Assembly: GCA_016218725.1 (NCBI GenBank)
Contig: JACRDB010000098.1
Coordinates: 7,259 to 71,258, forward strand
DNA from: Deltaproteobacteria bacterium
GTDB taxonomy: Bacteria; Myxococcota_A; Polyangia; Polyangiales; Ga0077539
Direction: 5' to 3'
DNA: 64,000 nucleotides
The translations under genes were made by a program, and so were the position numbers. The notes beneath the pieces were generated by a model. It was not told the origin of the DNA. It saw nothing but the letters and a program-made list of their open reading frames with translations, and searched no databases. Numbering within the stretch: the stretch's first letter is position 1; each line of letters opens with the position of its first letter. Of the stretch, positions 1 through 9,376 are shown piece after piece.

Positions 1-1
1 G

Positions 2-817
2 CGCTGCTGCGCGCACCACCTGGACGTCCGCGCGAACCAGTGCTTCACGCCCGCCGAGCTGCGCGCGCTCAAGCGCGAGCTCCTCCTCGGGGGCCTGACG
101 GGCCGCGGCGCGCGCGGGGACCACACGGCCCCGAACCTCGCGCGCGACATGCGCAGCATGAACGTGGTCCGCTCCGCGGTGCTGGCCATTGACATGGCGA
201 TCCCGAACCGGCACCCGCAGGAGACCCTGCGCGCCGCGAGGGGCCGCCCGGAGGCCGTGGGCTACGGGAGCGTGCACCCCCGCGCGCTGCGCGCCCGGGA
301 GCGCTTCGAGGAGCAGCTCCACCTCGGCGCCGCGGGGATCAAGCTGCACCCGCCGAACCAGCTCTTCCGCCCGGACGCCGGCTACGCCATGCGGATCTAC
401 CGCTGGTGCGGCCAGGCGCGCGTCCCGCTGATCTGGCACAGCGGCCCGGCCGGGATCGAGCCGAAGATCGGGCAGTACTTCGCGCAGCTGCGCTTCTACG
501 AGCGCCCGCTGCGCGAGTGCCCGGAGACCACCTTCATCCTGGGCCACGCGGGTTCGCTCCAGCACCGCGAGGCCATCGCCCTGCAGCGGCGCTACCGGAA
601 CGCCTGGCTGGAGGTCTCCGGCCTGTCCCTCGGGCAGCTCCGGGAGGTGCTGGCGGAGGCGGACCCGGACCGCGTGGTCTTCGGCTCCGACTGGCCCTTC
701 TATCACCCGGTGCTCCCGCTCGCGAAGGTGCTGCTGCTCACCGCCGAGCGCCCGGACCTGCGGAGGAAGGTCCTGCACGACAACGCCGCGCGCCTCCTGG
801 ACTCCGCGGGGAAGTGA
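2..817 (+). CDS. Amidohydrolase family protein (Amidohydro_2-like), 5' partial
   Basis: Frame stays open to the window edge upstream of the listed ATG149. Motifs GIKLHP, WHSG, LGHAG, FGSDWP, HDNAARL. Confidence 0.85.
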   Translation, partial: RCCAHHLDVRANQCFTPAELRALKRELLLGGLTGRGARGDHTAPNLARDMRSMNVVRSAVLAIDMAIPNRHPQETLRAARGRPEAVGYGSVHPRALRARERFEEQLHLGAAGIKLHPPNQLFRPDAGYAMRIYRWCGQARVPLIWHSGPAGIEPKIGQYFAQLRFYERPLRECPETTFILGHAGSLQHREAIALQRRYRNAWLEVSGLSLGQLREVLAEADPDRVVFGSDWPFYHPVLPLAKVLLLTAERPDLRRKVLHDNAARLLDSAGK

Positions 818-853
818 CCGCGGGGGTTGCCCCGCGACCTTCGCAGGACCCCT

Positions 854-1990
854 TTACAGCCCCAAAACGCGCTCGACCAGCACCGGGTCCACCTCGCGGC
901 AGGGGCCCGCCAGCCCCGCGACGCTCTGGAACCAGCCCGCCTCCGGCGAGCCCTCCCGCGCCGTGGCGCAGCGGCGGTAGAGCGCCACCCCCTGGCTCGT
1001 CACGCTCAGGCGCCGCGCCGCGCGGTCCTCCAGGCACTGCTGCAGGCACGCCAGGGCGCCCGCGCTGTCCCCCGCGGGGAAGGTGCACCGCGAGCCCACG
1101 CTCTGCGTCGCCGGCGCGTAGCGCACCAGCACGTCCACCCGCCGGGCCTCGGCGCAGTCCCCGGGCGCCGCCCCCGAGGGCGACGGGCTGCACGCGCTCT
1201 GGGTGTGCCGGTCCAGCCAGCGGGTGCCCGCCCCCACGGAGGTCACCAGGAGCTCCGACGGCGCCGGCACCCCCGCGCAGGGGTCGCCCCCCGCCGAGGG
1301 TGCCCGCCCCGCCTGCGCCAGCGCCATCCCGCACCGCAGCTGCCGCGAGACGTTCCCCGCCCGACACCAGGACAGCTCCCGGTTGGCCGCCTCGCGCGTG
1401 GCGTCGTCCGCGTCGGCGCCGGGCGTCACCGGCACCCACGCGGGCGACGGATCAAAGGACAGGGCCCCCCGCACCTCCGGGCAGGTGTCAAAGCGCGCGA
1501 TCTGGACGTGGTCTACGTGCCCGATCACCGCCACCTCCAGCGTGCCCCCGCGCGCCGCCGTGGCCGTCAGCCCCCGGAGGATCGCCCCCGCGCACACCCA
1601 GCGGTTCACCCCGCGGCCCTGCCCGGGCAGCGCGTCGCAGGCCGCCGTGGCCTCCGCGCGGAAATCGTAGCGCCCAGGGTCGAAGAGCGCGTCGGACCGG
1701 CACGCGAAGCGCCAGTGCAGCGGATCGTCGTCCACCGGGACCAGGTCGCACACGGCCCCGAGCGCCAGCCGCACCCGGTCCAGCGCCGCCATCGCCTCGC
1801 GCACGGTCTCCTCCTGGAGCCCCTGGCGACACCGCCGCTCCAGCGCCCTCACGGCCTCGGCGCTCGCCCCCGCGTCCCCCACCGCCACCGCCGACGGCGC
1901 CAGGGGCTCCCCCTCCGGCGACACCCCCGCGGGCACCGTCGCCCGACACGCGAGCACCCACCCGACCGCCAGCGCGCCAGGGGCACGCAT
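854..1990 (-). CDS. Cys-rich exported protein/lipoprotein with a degenerate OmpA/MotB-like domain
   Basis: Start ATG1990 overlaps the upstream stop (TGATG). Signal-like N-terminus ending WVLAC. OmpA-like motifs SDALFDPG, IGHVD, NRELSWCRA, RRVDVLV. Confidence 0.65.
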   Translation of the reverse strand: MRAPGALAVGWVLACRATVPAGVSPEGEPLAPSAVAVGDAGASAEAVRALERRCRQGLQEETVREAMAALDRVRLALGAVCDLVPVDDDPLHWRFACRSDALFDPGRYDFRAEATAACDALPGQGRGVNRWVCAGAILRGLTATAARGGTLEVAVIGHVDHVQIARFDTCPEVRGALSFDPSPAWVPVTPGADADDATREAANRELSWCRAGNVSRQLRCGMALAQAGRAPSAGGDPCAGVPAPSELLVTSVGAGTRWLDRHTQSACSPSPSGAAPGDCAEARRVDVLVRYAPATQSVGSRCTFPAGDSAGALACLQQCLEDRAARRLSVTSQGVALYRRCATAREGSPEAGWFQSVAGLAGPCREVDPVLVERVLGL

Positions 1991-4323
1991 CAGCGCCCCC
2001 CGGCGAGGTCCACCAGCGTGGACAGGTCCAGCGCCAGGTACGGACTGAACCACGGTTCATCGTCCGCCGTGCCCGCCGTGAGGTGCAGCATCAGCCCCAC
2101 GGACACCAGCCTCGGGGCCACGGACAGCGGCCCCCAGCCAGCCCCCAGGGTGAACCCCACCCCCGCCCGCGTCACCTGCGCATGCTCAAAAGACACCGCG
2201 CTGGCCAGGGAGACCGTCGCGTCCAGCCCGAAGCCCCAGGGCAGCCGCGCGTGGGCGTAGCCCACCGGCAGGAGCGCCCCGAGGGAGGCCGGGGCCGTGA
2301 AGAACGCCGCGAGCTGCACGTCCCCCAGGAGCCCCACGTGGAGCCACCGCGCTGGCGCCAGGGCCCGGCTCTCGCGCACCCGGAAGCTCGCCCGGGCCAG
2401 GCACTCGTAGGGCTGCGTGTCGTCCCGGTAGAGCGCCAGGAACGCGTGGAAGGTCTGGTCCACCAGCAGCCCGTCGGGGTCCGGGGGCACCTCTGCCCGC
2501 ACCCCCGCCGCCGAGCCCCGAGGGCAGCGGTCTTCGCGGGACACCAGCACCACCAGCGCGCTCGACGGCGGCGCCGCGGGCGCGCCCCGCACGCCCCCCA
2601 CCACGGGCAGCGCGTCCGTGAGCACCGTGGTGGCGTCAGGCACGTTCCACACCGCCGCCGCCGTGGGCGACGCCGCGAAGCGGAAGGACAGCGCGCTCCT
2701 CCCCCGCACGAACGCGAACACGTCGTGCTCGTCGTGGTCCAGGGAGCGCCACGGCCGCAGCGGGTCCGTCGCCCCGCCCCCGAGCTGCAGCCCCACGGGC
2801 ACCCAGTGCCTCGCCGGGTCCAGCACCAGCGCGCGCAGGAGCGCCACCCCCTGAGGGCCCCGCGCCGCCTCGGCGCTCCCGGCCTGGCGGAGCTCCAGGG
2901 CCCCAGCCCTCCAGAGCGTGCGTGAGGTCTCGTCGTCCAGCGCACGACAGTCGTTGTCCAGGCAGAGGTAGAGCCCCTCGGAGGCCCCCTGCGGGGCGAT
3001 CCCATCCCCCACCATCGCCACCACCAGCGGCGCCGCGCCCTCCGGGTCCCCCGCGGCCGACGGGAGCGTGCGGCACTCCTCCCGCAGCGCCGTGGACGGC
3101 TCCGCCCCGCCCACCGAGAGCGCCCTCATCCGCCGCTGGAAGCACAAGCCCCTCGGGGCAGTCTCCTGCCCTGCCCGAGCCCCGGTGCCCGCCACGCTGG
3201 CCAACGCCACCGGCGCCGCCACCGCCGAGAGCCTCGCGCACCGCGCCCCCGGTGGCACAAAGGACGGCGCCTCCAGTGGTGTAGGTGTATATCGGTCTGT
3301 GACACACACCTCCAGACCTCGACGTACACTGTCCCACTCATCGAGGGTGGGAACGAGGGTGTTCGACGCTCGGCCGTAGCGCCCGGACAGCGCGCGAGAG
3401 ACCACGGCGTCGGGCACCTGGACGCCGTCGTCGTCGAGGCGCAGGGCGCCATGGACCCTCGGGGGGGCGTCCCCGGAGGGGACGTCTGCGAGCCACAGGG
3501 CCCCGGCGTCGGCGGCGGTGCGGAGCTCTGCGAGGGCGTCCTCGGGGAGCTCCCGGGGCGCGAAGCGGAAGGCCCCGGAGCGCGGCGTCCAGCGCGCGCG
3601 GAACCACGGGTGATTCGGGTCCGCGGGGGTGGCAAAGGCGCGGCGCAGGGCCGTGAGCGGGTCGCCACCGGTGATGCGCCCGACGAGCACCGCGGCCTCG
3701 GCGCCGTCGCGCCCGGCGTACACCGCGTAGGAGGCGCCCGCGTCGAGCACCTCCCGGGCGCGGTCCGTGGGGAGCGTGTGGGCCGTGGGCGCGCGGGACA
3801 GCCCCGGGGCCGCGGCGCCCTCGGGCAGGGGTTGGAAGCGAAGCACCGTGCGCCCGGCCCCGCAGGAGGGGGGCGGCGCGGCCCCGGCGGGGTGTACCCG
3901 GTCGACCACCGGGAGGCGCGTCTGGCTGTCTCCGTGGGCGTAGAACTCCGAGCGGTCGGCGACGAAGAGGTCCGTGCAGCTCTCGCGGAAGAGGGACTCC
4001 ACGGGCCCGGAGCCCCGGCGGGCAAAGAGCGAACGTGGGTTGGTGGCGCTGGGGGCGTGGACCCTCTCGGCCAGGACCAGGGCGAGGGAGGCGAAATCGG
4101 TCTCTGCCGGGGTGACCTGGGCCATCGCGTCGGGAGAGAGCCCGTAGACGCAGCCCGGCTGGGTGCGGAGCACCGTGGCCAGGGTGACCGGCAGGGTGGT
4201 GCCTCGGGCCGCCGCGGGGCTCGACGCCAGGGTCGAGGGCGAGGACACAAAGGCGAAGCAGTCCAGCGCGGCCGCGGGGCGGCCGACCAGGACCAGGACA
4301 GCGGCGACGGCTCCCGAGCGCAT
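1990..4323 (-). CDS. Large exported hypothetical protein with a possible C-terminal outer-membrane beta-strand region
   Basis: Start re-assigned to ATG4323 (MRSGAVAAVLVLVGRPAAA, signal-peptide-like). C-terminal alternating hydrophobic strands (GFGLDATVSL, GVGFTLGAGWG, FSPYLALDL). Coupled to the next gene. Confidence 0.7.
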   Translation of the reverse strand: MRSGAVAAVLVLVGRPAAALDCFAFVSSPSTLASSPAAARGTTLPVTLATVLRTQPGCVYGLSPDAMAQVTPAETDFASLALVLAERVHAPSATNPRSLFARRGSGPVESLFRESCTDLFVADRSEFYAHGDSQTRLPVVDRVHPAGAAPPPSCGAGRTVLRFQPLPEGAAAPGLSRAPTAHTLPTDRAREVLDAGASYAVYAGRDGAEAAVLVGRITGGDPLTALRRAFATPADPNHPWFRARWTPRSGAFRFAPRELPEDALAELRTAADAGALWLADVPSGDAPPRVHGALRLDDDGVQVPDAVVSRALSGRYGRASNTLVPTLDEWDSVRRGLEVCVTDRYTPTPLEAPSFVPPGARCARLSAVAAPVALASVAGTGARAGQETAPRGLCFQRRMRALSVGGAEPSTALREECRTLPSAAGDPEGAAPLVVAMVGDGIAPQGASEGLYLCLDNDCRALDDETSRTLWRAGALELRQAGSAEAARGPQGVALLRALVLDPARHWVPVGLQLGGGATDPLRPWRSLDHDEHDVFAFVRGRSALSFRFAASPTAAAVWNVPDATTVLTDALPVVGGVRGAPAAPPSSALVVLVSREDRCPRGSAAGVRAEVPPDPDGLLVDQTFHAFLALYRDDTQPYECLARASFRVRESRALAPARWLHVGLLGDVQLAAFFTAPASLGALLPVGYAHARLPWGFGLDATVSLASAVSFEHAQVTRAGVGFTLGAGWGPLSVAPRLVSVGLMLHLTAGTADDEPWFSPYLALDLSTLVDLAGGR

Positions 4324-4383
4324 GGGTGCGGTGAGGGTAGAACCCGTGGCGCCGGGGAGGCCACTTTCGGGTACACTCCCGAG

Positions 4384-5367
4384 GTGATGCTTCTTCGGTG
4401 GTGCTCCCTGGGCCTCCTGGCCCTCTACCTCGGGGCCTGCGGCGGGCCCACCCGGGGCGGCTTCAACCCCGCCGACGGGGGAGAGCCCTCGGACACCCGG
4501 GTGACCCCGGTTACGGACACGGCCCTCCCCGGGGACACCGGTCGGCGCTGCGCCCGCCAGGAGGACTGCGACGACGGGTTCCCCTGCACGGACGACGCAT
4601 GCGTGGTCGGGGGCGTGTGCGAGCACCTCCCGAACGACCGGCTGTGCAGGAACCCCGGCGAGCGGTGCTTCCCCACGCGGGGCTGCGCGTCGGGGGCCTC
4701 GTGCATGAGCGACATGGACTGCGACGACCGGGTGGAGTGCACCCGGGACCTGTGCGCCGCAGGCGGCGCGTGCCAGCACCTGCGCAACGACGGGCGCTGC
4801 ACCATGGGCCAGGTGTGCTCGGTGACCTCCGGGTGCGTGGCCATGGGTCGGTGTGCCATGGACGTGGACTGCGACGACCGGGCCTTCTGCAACGGCACCG
4901 AGCGCTGCGTGGGGGGCATGTGCCAGCCCGGGACCCCGCCGGACTGCTCGGACATGGAGCCCTGCACCGGGGACGTGTGCAATGAAATGGCCCGGCGCTG
5001 CGACCACCCGCGGCTGGAGATGTGCGGGGGCATGGTCATGGCGGGCACCTACACCCTGGACATGCCGCCGGCGTATACGTGCGGCGCGGGGAGCTTCGGC
5101 CCCGTCACCCGGGTGACCCTGGCGCTGACCGGGACCGTGGTGACCGTGACGGGCTTCCCGGTGCCGCTCACGGGCACGGCCATGGGGGCGATGTTCAGCG
5201 TGCGCGGCACCCAGTCCCAGGGGGGCTGCACCTGGCAGTACAACCTCCAGGGGTCCTTCACCCGCGCGGGGCGCTTCGACGGGACCTGGAACCTCGCCTT
5301 TGACCTCTGTGACGTGACCCGGATGTGCTTCACGCGCTCCGGGCTCCTGACCGGGAGCAGCATGTGA
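4384..5367 (+). CDS. Cys-rich repeat lipoprotein (CDDxxxCTxDxC repeats) with C-terminal beta domain
   Basis: GTG4384/ATG4387 start, lipobox LGAC, repeated DCDDxxxCTxDxC units. Confidence 0.8.
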   Translation: MMLLRWCSLGLLALYLGACGGPTRGGFNPADGGEPSDTRVTPVTDTALPGDTGRRCARQEDCDDGFPCTDDACVVGGVCEHLPNDRLCRNPGERCFPTRGCASGASCMSDMDCDDRVECTRDLCAAGGACQHLRNDGRCTMGQVCSVTSGCVAMGRCAMDVDCDDRAFCNGTERCVGGMCQPGTPPDCSDMEPCTGDVCNEMARRCDHPRLEMCGGMVMAGTYTLDMPPAYTCGAGSFGPVTRVTLALTGTVVTVTGFPVPLTGTAMGAMFSVRGTQSQGGCTWQYNLQGSFTRAGRFDGTWNLAFDLCDVTRMCFTRSGLLTGSSM

Positions 5368-6482
5368 ACCTCCGCGCGTGGTGGTGTCTGGTCCTGGCCC
5401 TGGGTTGCTCGGACAACACGGGGCGCTCCTTCAGCGACGCGGGCGGCGGCGACGCGGGCTGCGCCCGCAACGAGGACTGCGACGACCGGGTGCCCTGCAC
5501 CCGGGACCGGTGCCTCGTGGGCGGCGTGTGCGAGCACGACCCGGACAACACCATGTGCACCGCCCCGCAGGTGTGCTCCGCCGCCGGCTGCGGCAGCCCC
5601 GGCGCCCGGCGGTGCACCGCCACCGCCCAGTGCGACGACATGGTGCCCTGCACCCGGGACTCGTGCCTGGTGGACGGCACCTGCCGGAGCACCCCGCAGG
5701 ATGACCTGTGCCCCATGGGCCAGCGCTGCGACGCCGCCCGCGGGTGCGGCTCGGGCATGCCCACGCCCACCATGTGCCGCATGGCCTCGGACTGCATGGA
5801 CATGTTCGACTGCACCGAGGACGCCTGCGGCGTGGACGGGCGCTGCATCCACGTCCCGCAGAACAGCCGCTGCGGCGTCGGGCGCTCCTGCGCCGCGGGC
5901 ATGGGCTGCATCGCCACCACCGCGTGCTCCAGCAACCGCGACTGCGACGACGGGCGCCGCTGCAACGGCGCCGAGCGCTGCTCGGAGCTGGCCTGCGTGG
6001 CCGGCACCGCGGTCAACTGCGATGACATGGTCGCCTGCACCATGGACGCCTGCGCGGAGACCGGCGCGGAGATGTGCACGCACACGGTGATGGCGTCGTG
6101 CATGGGCATGGTGCGCAGCGGGATCTACAACGCCATGACGCCCGCGCGCTTCACCTGCTCGGCCCTGGGCATGGTGGCCGTGATGCTGGACATCTCGTAC
6201 TACCAGTTCAGCGTGAGCGCCACGGAGCTGGTGGTGACCCCGGGGCCCTCGGGCCCCACCATGCGCCAGTCCCCCGCCCCCACCGGCGCCGAGTTCGACG
6301 TGAACGGCACCGTCGCGGGCACCTGCAACGAGCTGTACCGCCTCCAGGGCCGCTTCACCGACGCCACGCACTTCACCGGGACCTTCTCCGTGCGCTTCGT
6401 GGACGGCTTCCCCGGCGGGTGCTCCCTCGCCCCGGACTGCGTCGCCAGGATGTTCCCCGTGGTGGGTACCGCCAGGATGTAG
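5364..6482 (+). CDS. Cys-rich repeat lipoprotein, paralogue of the upstream gene
   Basis: GTG5364 overlaps the upstream TGA. Lipobox ALGC, same repeats, similar C-terminal domain (YRLQGRFT vs YNLQGSFT). Confidence 0.8.
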   Translation: MNLRAWWCLVLALGCSDNTGRSFSDAGGGDAGCARNEDCDDRVPCTRDRCLVGGVCEHDPDNTMCTAPQVCSAAGCGSPGARRCTATAQCDDMVPCTRDSCLVDGTCRSTPQDDLCPMGQRCDAARGCGSGMPTPTMCRMASDCMDMFDCTEDACGVDGRCIHVPQNSRCGVGRSCAAGMGCIATTACSSNRDCDDGRRCNGAERCSELACVAGTAVNCDDMVACTMDACAETGAEMCTHTVMASCMGMVRSGIYNAMTPARFTCSALGMVAVMLDISYYQFSVSATELVVTPGPSGPTMRQSPAPTGAEFDVNGTVAGTCNELYRLQGRFTDATHFTGTFSVRFVDGFPGGCSLAPDCVARMFPVVGTARM

Positions 6483-6772
6483 CGCCGCCCTGGGACCTCG
6501 GCGAAACCCGCAACGACGGCGGGCCCTGTCCGAGCTCAGGACCCAGGTCCCGAACCCAGCACCCAGGCCCTGACCGCAACCCCTCCCAGAGTCTCCACGA
6601 GGAGGAAATCTCAGACAGAATCTCGAGCGGGGTGGTGGACCCATTTTCGCGAGCGCAACCGGGGCCATTCTGCTAAGCCGACACATCAGGAGACCGTCCG
6701 CCATTTCCGACTGGAAGGTGTCTGACAAGCGCAGTGCGCATCCCGTGGGACAGACCCGCGGTGGCTGTCAAA

Positions 6773-7735
6773 TTACGCGAGGCGCGGCATCGCGGCGATG
6801 CCCTCGACGACGCTCACCGCGGGCGTGTACCCGAGGCCGACGCGGGCCTTGTCGGTCTTCACGGTGACCGAGCGCGACATCATCGCGATGGCGAAGGCCG
6901 TCATCGGCGGCGCCTTGCGCACCCCGAAGAGCCGCCACGCGCCCTCCACCGCCACCGCGAGCGGGCGCGCGACGGCCCCCGGCATCGAGCGCTCGGGCAG
7001 CGTCACCCCCTGCGTCCCCGCCAGCGCCCCGAGGAACTCCCGCAGCGTCCGCGTCCCCTCGTCGGCGATGAAGTAGGCCTGACCCCCTTCGCCCGCGGTG
7101 AGCGCGAGTTCGACCGCGAGGGCGACGTTGTGCACGTGGGCGGTGGACGTGAGGTGGCGCCCGCCGTCGAGCCAGGCCCACGCCCCCTCGCGCGCCATGC
7201 GGAGGATCGCCGGGAGCACCGAGGTGTCGCGCGGCCCCCACACGAAGCGCGGCCGCAGCGAGATCGTGGTGAAGCCCTCGGCGTTGGCCGCGAGAACGCG
7301 CCGCTCGGCCTCGGCCTTCGTCTCGCTGTAGAGGTAGCGCTGCTGTTTCGGGTAGGGGGCGACCTCGTCGATGTCGACGAGGTCGTGGCCGTCGAAGAGG
7401 GCCGCCTCGGTGCCGATGTGGACGAAGCGGCGGACGCCCGCGCGCCGGGCGGCGTCGAGGGCGCGGGTGGTGCCCTCGACGTTGCCCTTCCTGAAGTCCT
7501 CGCGCGACCCCCACTCCTCGACGTAGGCGGCGCAGTGGATCACCGCGTCGACGCCCGCGAGGTGGGTCGCGTCGAGCGTGTCGAGGTCGCTGGTGACGGG
7601 CGTCGCGCCGAACCTCCGTACCGCCTCCGCCGAGCGCTCCGAGCGCGCCATCGCCAGCACCTCGTGGCGCGCCGCGAGGCGCTCGATGACGTGACCGCCG
7701 ACGAACCCTGACCCACCCGTGACGAACACCTTCAT
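6773..7735 (-). CDS. NAD-dependent epimerase/dehydratase (extended SDR, 3-beta-HSD-like)
   Basis: MKVFVTGGSGFVG Rossmann motif, YSETK (YxxxK), LRPRFVWGP. AGGAGG RBS before ATG7735. Confidence 0.9.
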   Translation of the reverse strand: MKVFVTGGSGFVGGHVIERLAARHEVLAMARSERSAEAVRRFGATPVTSDLDTLDATHLAGVDAVIHCAAYVEEWGSREDFRKGNVEGTTRALDAARRAGVRRFVHIGTEAALFDGHDLVDIDEVAPYPKQQRYLYSETKAEAERRVLAANAEGFTTISLRPRFVWGPRDTSVLPAILRMAREGAWAWLDGGRHLTSTAHVHNVALAVELALTAGEGGQAYFIADEGTRTLREFLGALAGTQGVTLPERSMPGAVARPLAVAVEGAWRLFGVRKAPPMTAFAIAMMSRSVTVKTDKARVGLGYTPAVSVVEGIAAMPRLA

Positions 7736-7815
7736 GGTCAACCTCCTGTCTCTCGACGGGTCCGAACATGCGCCCGCTCTATCCATGTGTCGAATCGATG
7801 GTATACATCCCGATC

Positions 7816-8730
7816 ATGGTCCCCGTCGATGATCTCCCGCTGCTGGCCGCCCTCGACGCGCTCCTCAGCGAGCGCCACGTCACGCGGGCCGCGCGGCGCC
7901 TCGGCATCACCCAGTCGTCGATGAGCCACCACCTCGCCCGCCTGCGGCTGCGCTTCGGCGACGCCCTCCTCGTGCGCGCGGGGCGCGCGATGGCGCTCAC
8001 CCCGCGCGCTGAAGCCATGGCCGGGCCGCTCCGCGAGGCGCTCGACGCGGTGCGGCGCGCGGTGGCCGACGCCGACCCCTTCGACCCCGCCACCACGTCG
8101 CGCACCTTCACGCTGGCGACGCCCGACCTCCTCGCCCCCGCGCTCCCCGACCTCCTCGCCGCGATGAACGCCGCCGCCCCCGGCGCGGGCCTCCGCGCGC
8201 TCGCGCAGCCCGTCGACGCGCCCGCGGCCCTCGCCTCGGGCGCGTGCGAGCTCCTCCTCGGCGCGGCCCCCGCGTCGGCGCCGGGCGTGGTGCTCAAGCG
8301 GCTCGGCGCCATCCACTGGTGCGTCCTCGCGCGGCGCGGCCACCCCGCGTTCGCGGGACGCCTCACCGTCGCCGCGTGGGAGCGCTACCCCCACGTGGTG
8401 GTGCGCTCGGGCAACGCGTCGCCCAACCGGGTTGCGCGGGCGCTGGAGGGCGCTGGCGTGAAGCGTAGGGTGGGGGTCGCGGTGCCGGGCTTCCTCGCGG
8501 CGCCGTGGGTGGTGGCGCGCACCGACATGCTGTTCACCGCGCCGCGCGAGCTCGTAGGCGAGGTGGTCCGCGCGCTCGACCTGGTGATGCTCGACCCACC
8601 GGTGGCGCTCCCGGCGATCCCCGTCGCGGCGATGTGGCACGAGCGCGTCGACGGCGACGCGGGGCACCGCTGGCTCCGCGGGGTGGTGGTGAAGGCGCTG
8701 AAGGCGAGGCTCGCAGTCGGTGAGGGGTGA
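7816..8730 (+). CDS. LysR-family transcriptional regulator, divergent from the SDR gene
   Basis: HTH signature LLSERHVTRAARRLGITQSSMSHHLARLR..FGDALLVR and C-terminal WHER...HRWLR. Start could be 7798 or 7816. Confidence 0.92.
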   Translation: MVPVDDLPLLAALDALLSERHVTRAARRLGITQSSMSHHLARLRLRFGDALLVRAGRAMALTPRAEAMAGPLREALDAVRRAVADADPFDPATTSRTFTLATPDLLAPALPDLLAAMNAAAPGAGLRALAQPVDAPAALASGACELLLGAAPASAPGVVLKRLGAIHWCVLARRGHPAFAGRLTVAAWERYPHVVVRSGNASPNRVARALEGAGVKRRVGVAVPGFLAAPWVVARTDMLFTAPRELVGEVVRALDLVMLDPPVALPAIPVAAMWHERVDGDAGHRWLRGVVVKALKARLAVGEG

Positions 8731-8780
8731 GTGCGCTCAACCCTCCGAACGGTGTCCGGTCGCACCCGCCGAGCGTGGTT

Positions 8781-8900
8781 TCAGCGCGCGTCGGGCGTGG
8801 CGAGCCACGCTTCGAGCGCTGGCGCGTCGAGGTCGACCACGACGTCCCCAACGGTGTCGGCCCGCGCGTCGAGACGGGCGCGGAGGGTGTCGCCCTCCGT
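8781..8900 (-). pseudogene. Remnant of the 3' end of a DUF4351/Rpn-like gene
   Basis: Translates LRARLDARADTVGDVVVDLDAPALEAWLATPDAR*, matching the C-terminus of 9377-10309 (LLARLDSLGPVRLGDVVLDLDAPALAVWLSDPAAT*). Confidence 0.7.
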
Positions 8901-8956
8901 CGCGGAGTTCGGCGTCGCATCGCTTACGCCATGCTTGCAGGTCGGCGAGCGCGCCC

Positions 8957-9247
8957 ATGACTTCGTTCGTTTCGGTGTGGTCTGGGCCCCGTGCTTCGCG
9001 TCGCCTCTTCTCCTTCGGCCCCCTTTGGCTACAGCGGCTATCACGCGATTGGGAGCGGCGCTACGTCATCGGCACCGATGCAGAGTCGCCCTGATACGTC
9101 GTAGACCTGGCCACCGGGCGCTGGCGCGCGATCCCTCCCCGCACGGGGTGGTCGCTCAACCGACCCAAGCTCGTCAACGGCTGCCCCAACCTCATCCGGA
9201 TCCGCCTGGACTCTTTGGGTCCCGAGCAACCTGCACAAGGACCCTGA
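8957..9247 (+). pseudogene. Possible degraded gene fragment with internal TGA
   Basis: Reads ...WERRYVIGTDAESP*YVVDLATGRWRAIP... across TGA9092, protein-like on both sides. Lower GC than the flanks. Confidence 0.3.
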
Positions 9248-9308
9248 CCGCCACGGGCGCGCCCCGGGCTACCTGGAGGTCCAGGGTTCGAAAGCCACGC
9301 CGCCCCGT

Positions 9309-9349
9309 ACGGCGCGACACTCCCTCCGTGGACCCCCTGGACCGCGCCA
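9309..9349 (+). repeat. 41-bp direct repeat, copy 1 (of 10455-10495)
   Basis: acggcgcgacactccctccgtggaccccctggaccgcgcca; 39/41 identical to copy 2. Confidence 0.9.
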
Positions 9350-9376
9350 TTGCAGGTACCAGGGGCGTGGCCTGGG

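Noticed and set aside
406-2925. 839-aa + strand ORF and many similar long Pro/Arg/Gly-rich ORFs (e.g. 16753-19599, 30418-33897, 40009-42771, 42866-45430, 57405-59120)
   Set aside because: Shadow frames of real genes. Stops are rare at this GC content and the translations have no domain motifs.
6483-6772. Lower-GC intergenic stretch as ncRNA or riboswitch
   Set aside because: Lies between convergent genes with no recognisable RNA motif or clean terminator. An Rfam search would be needed.
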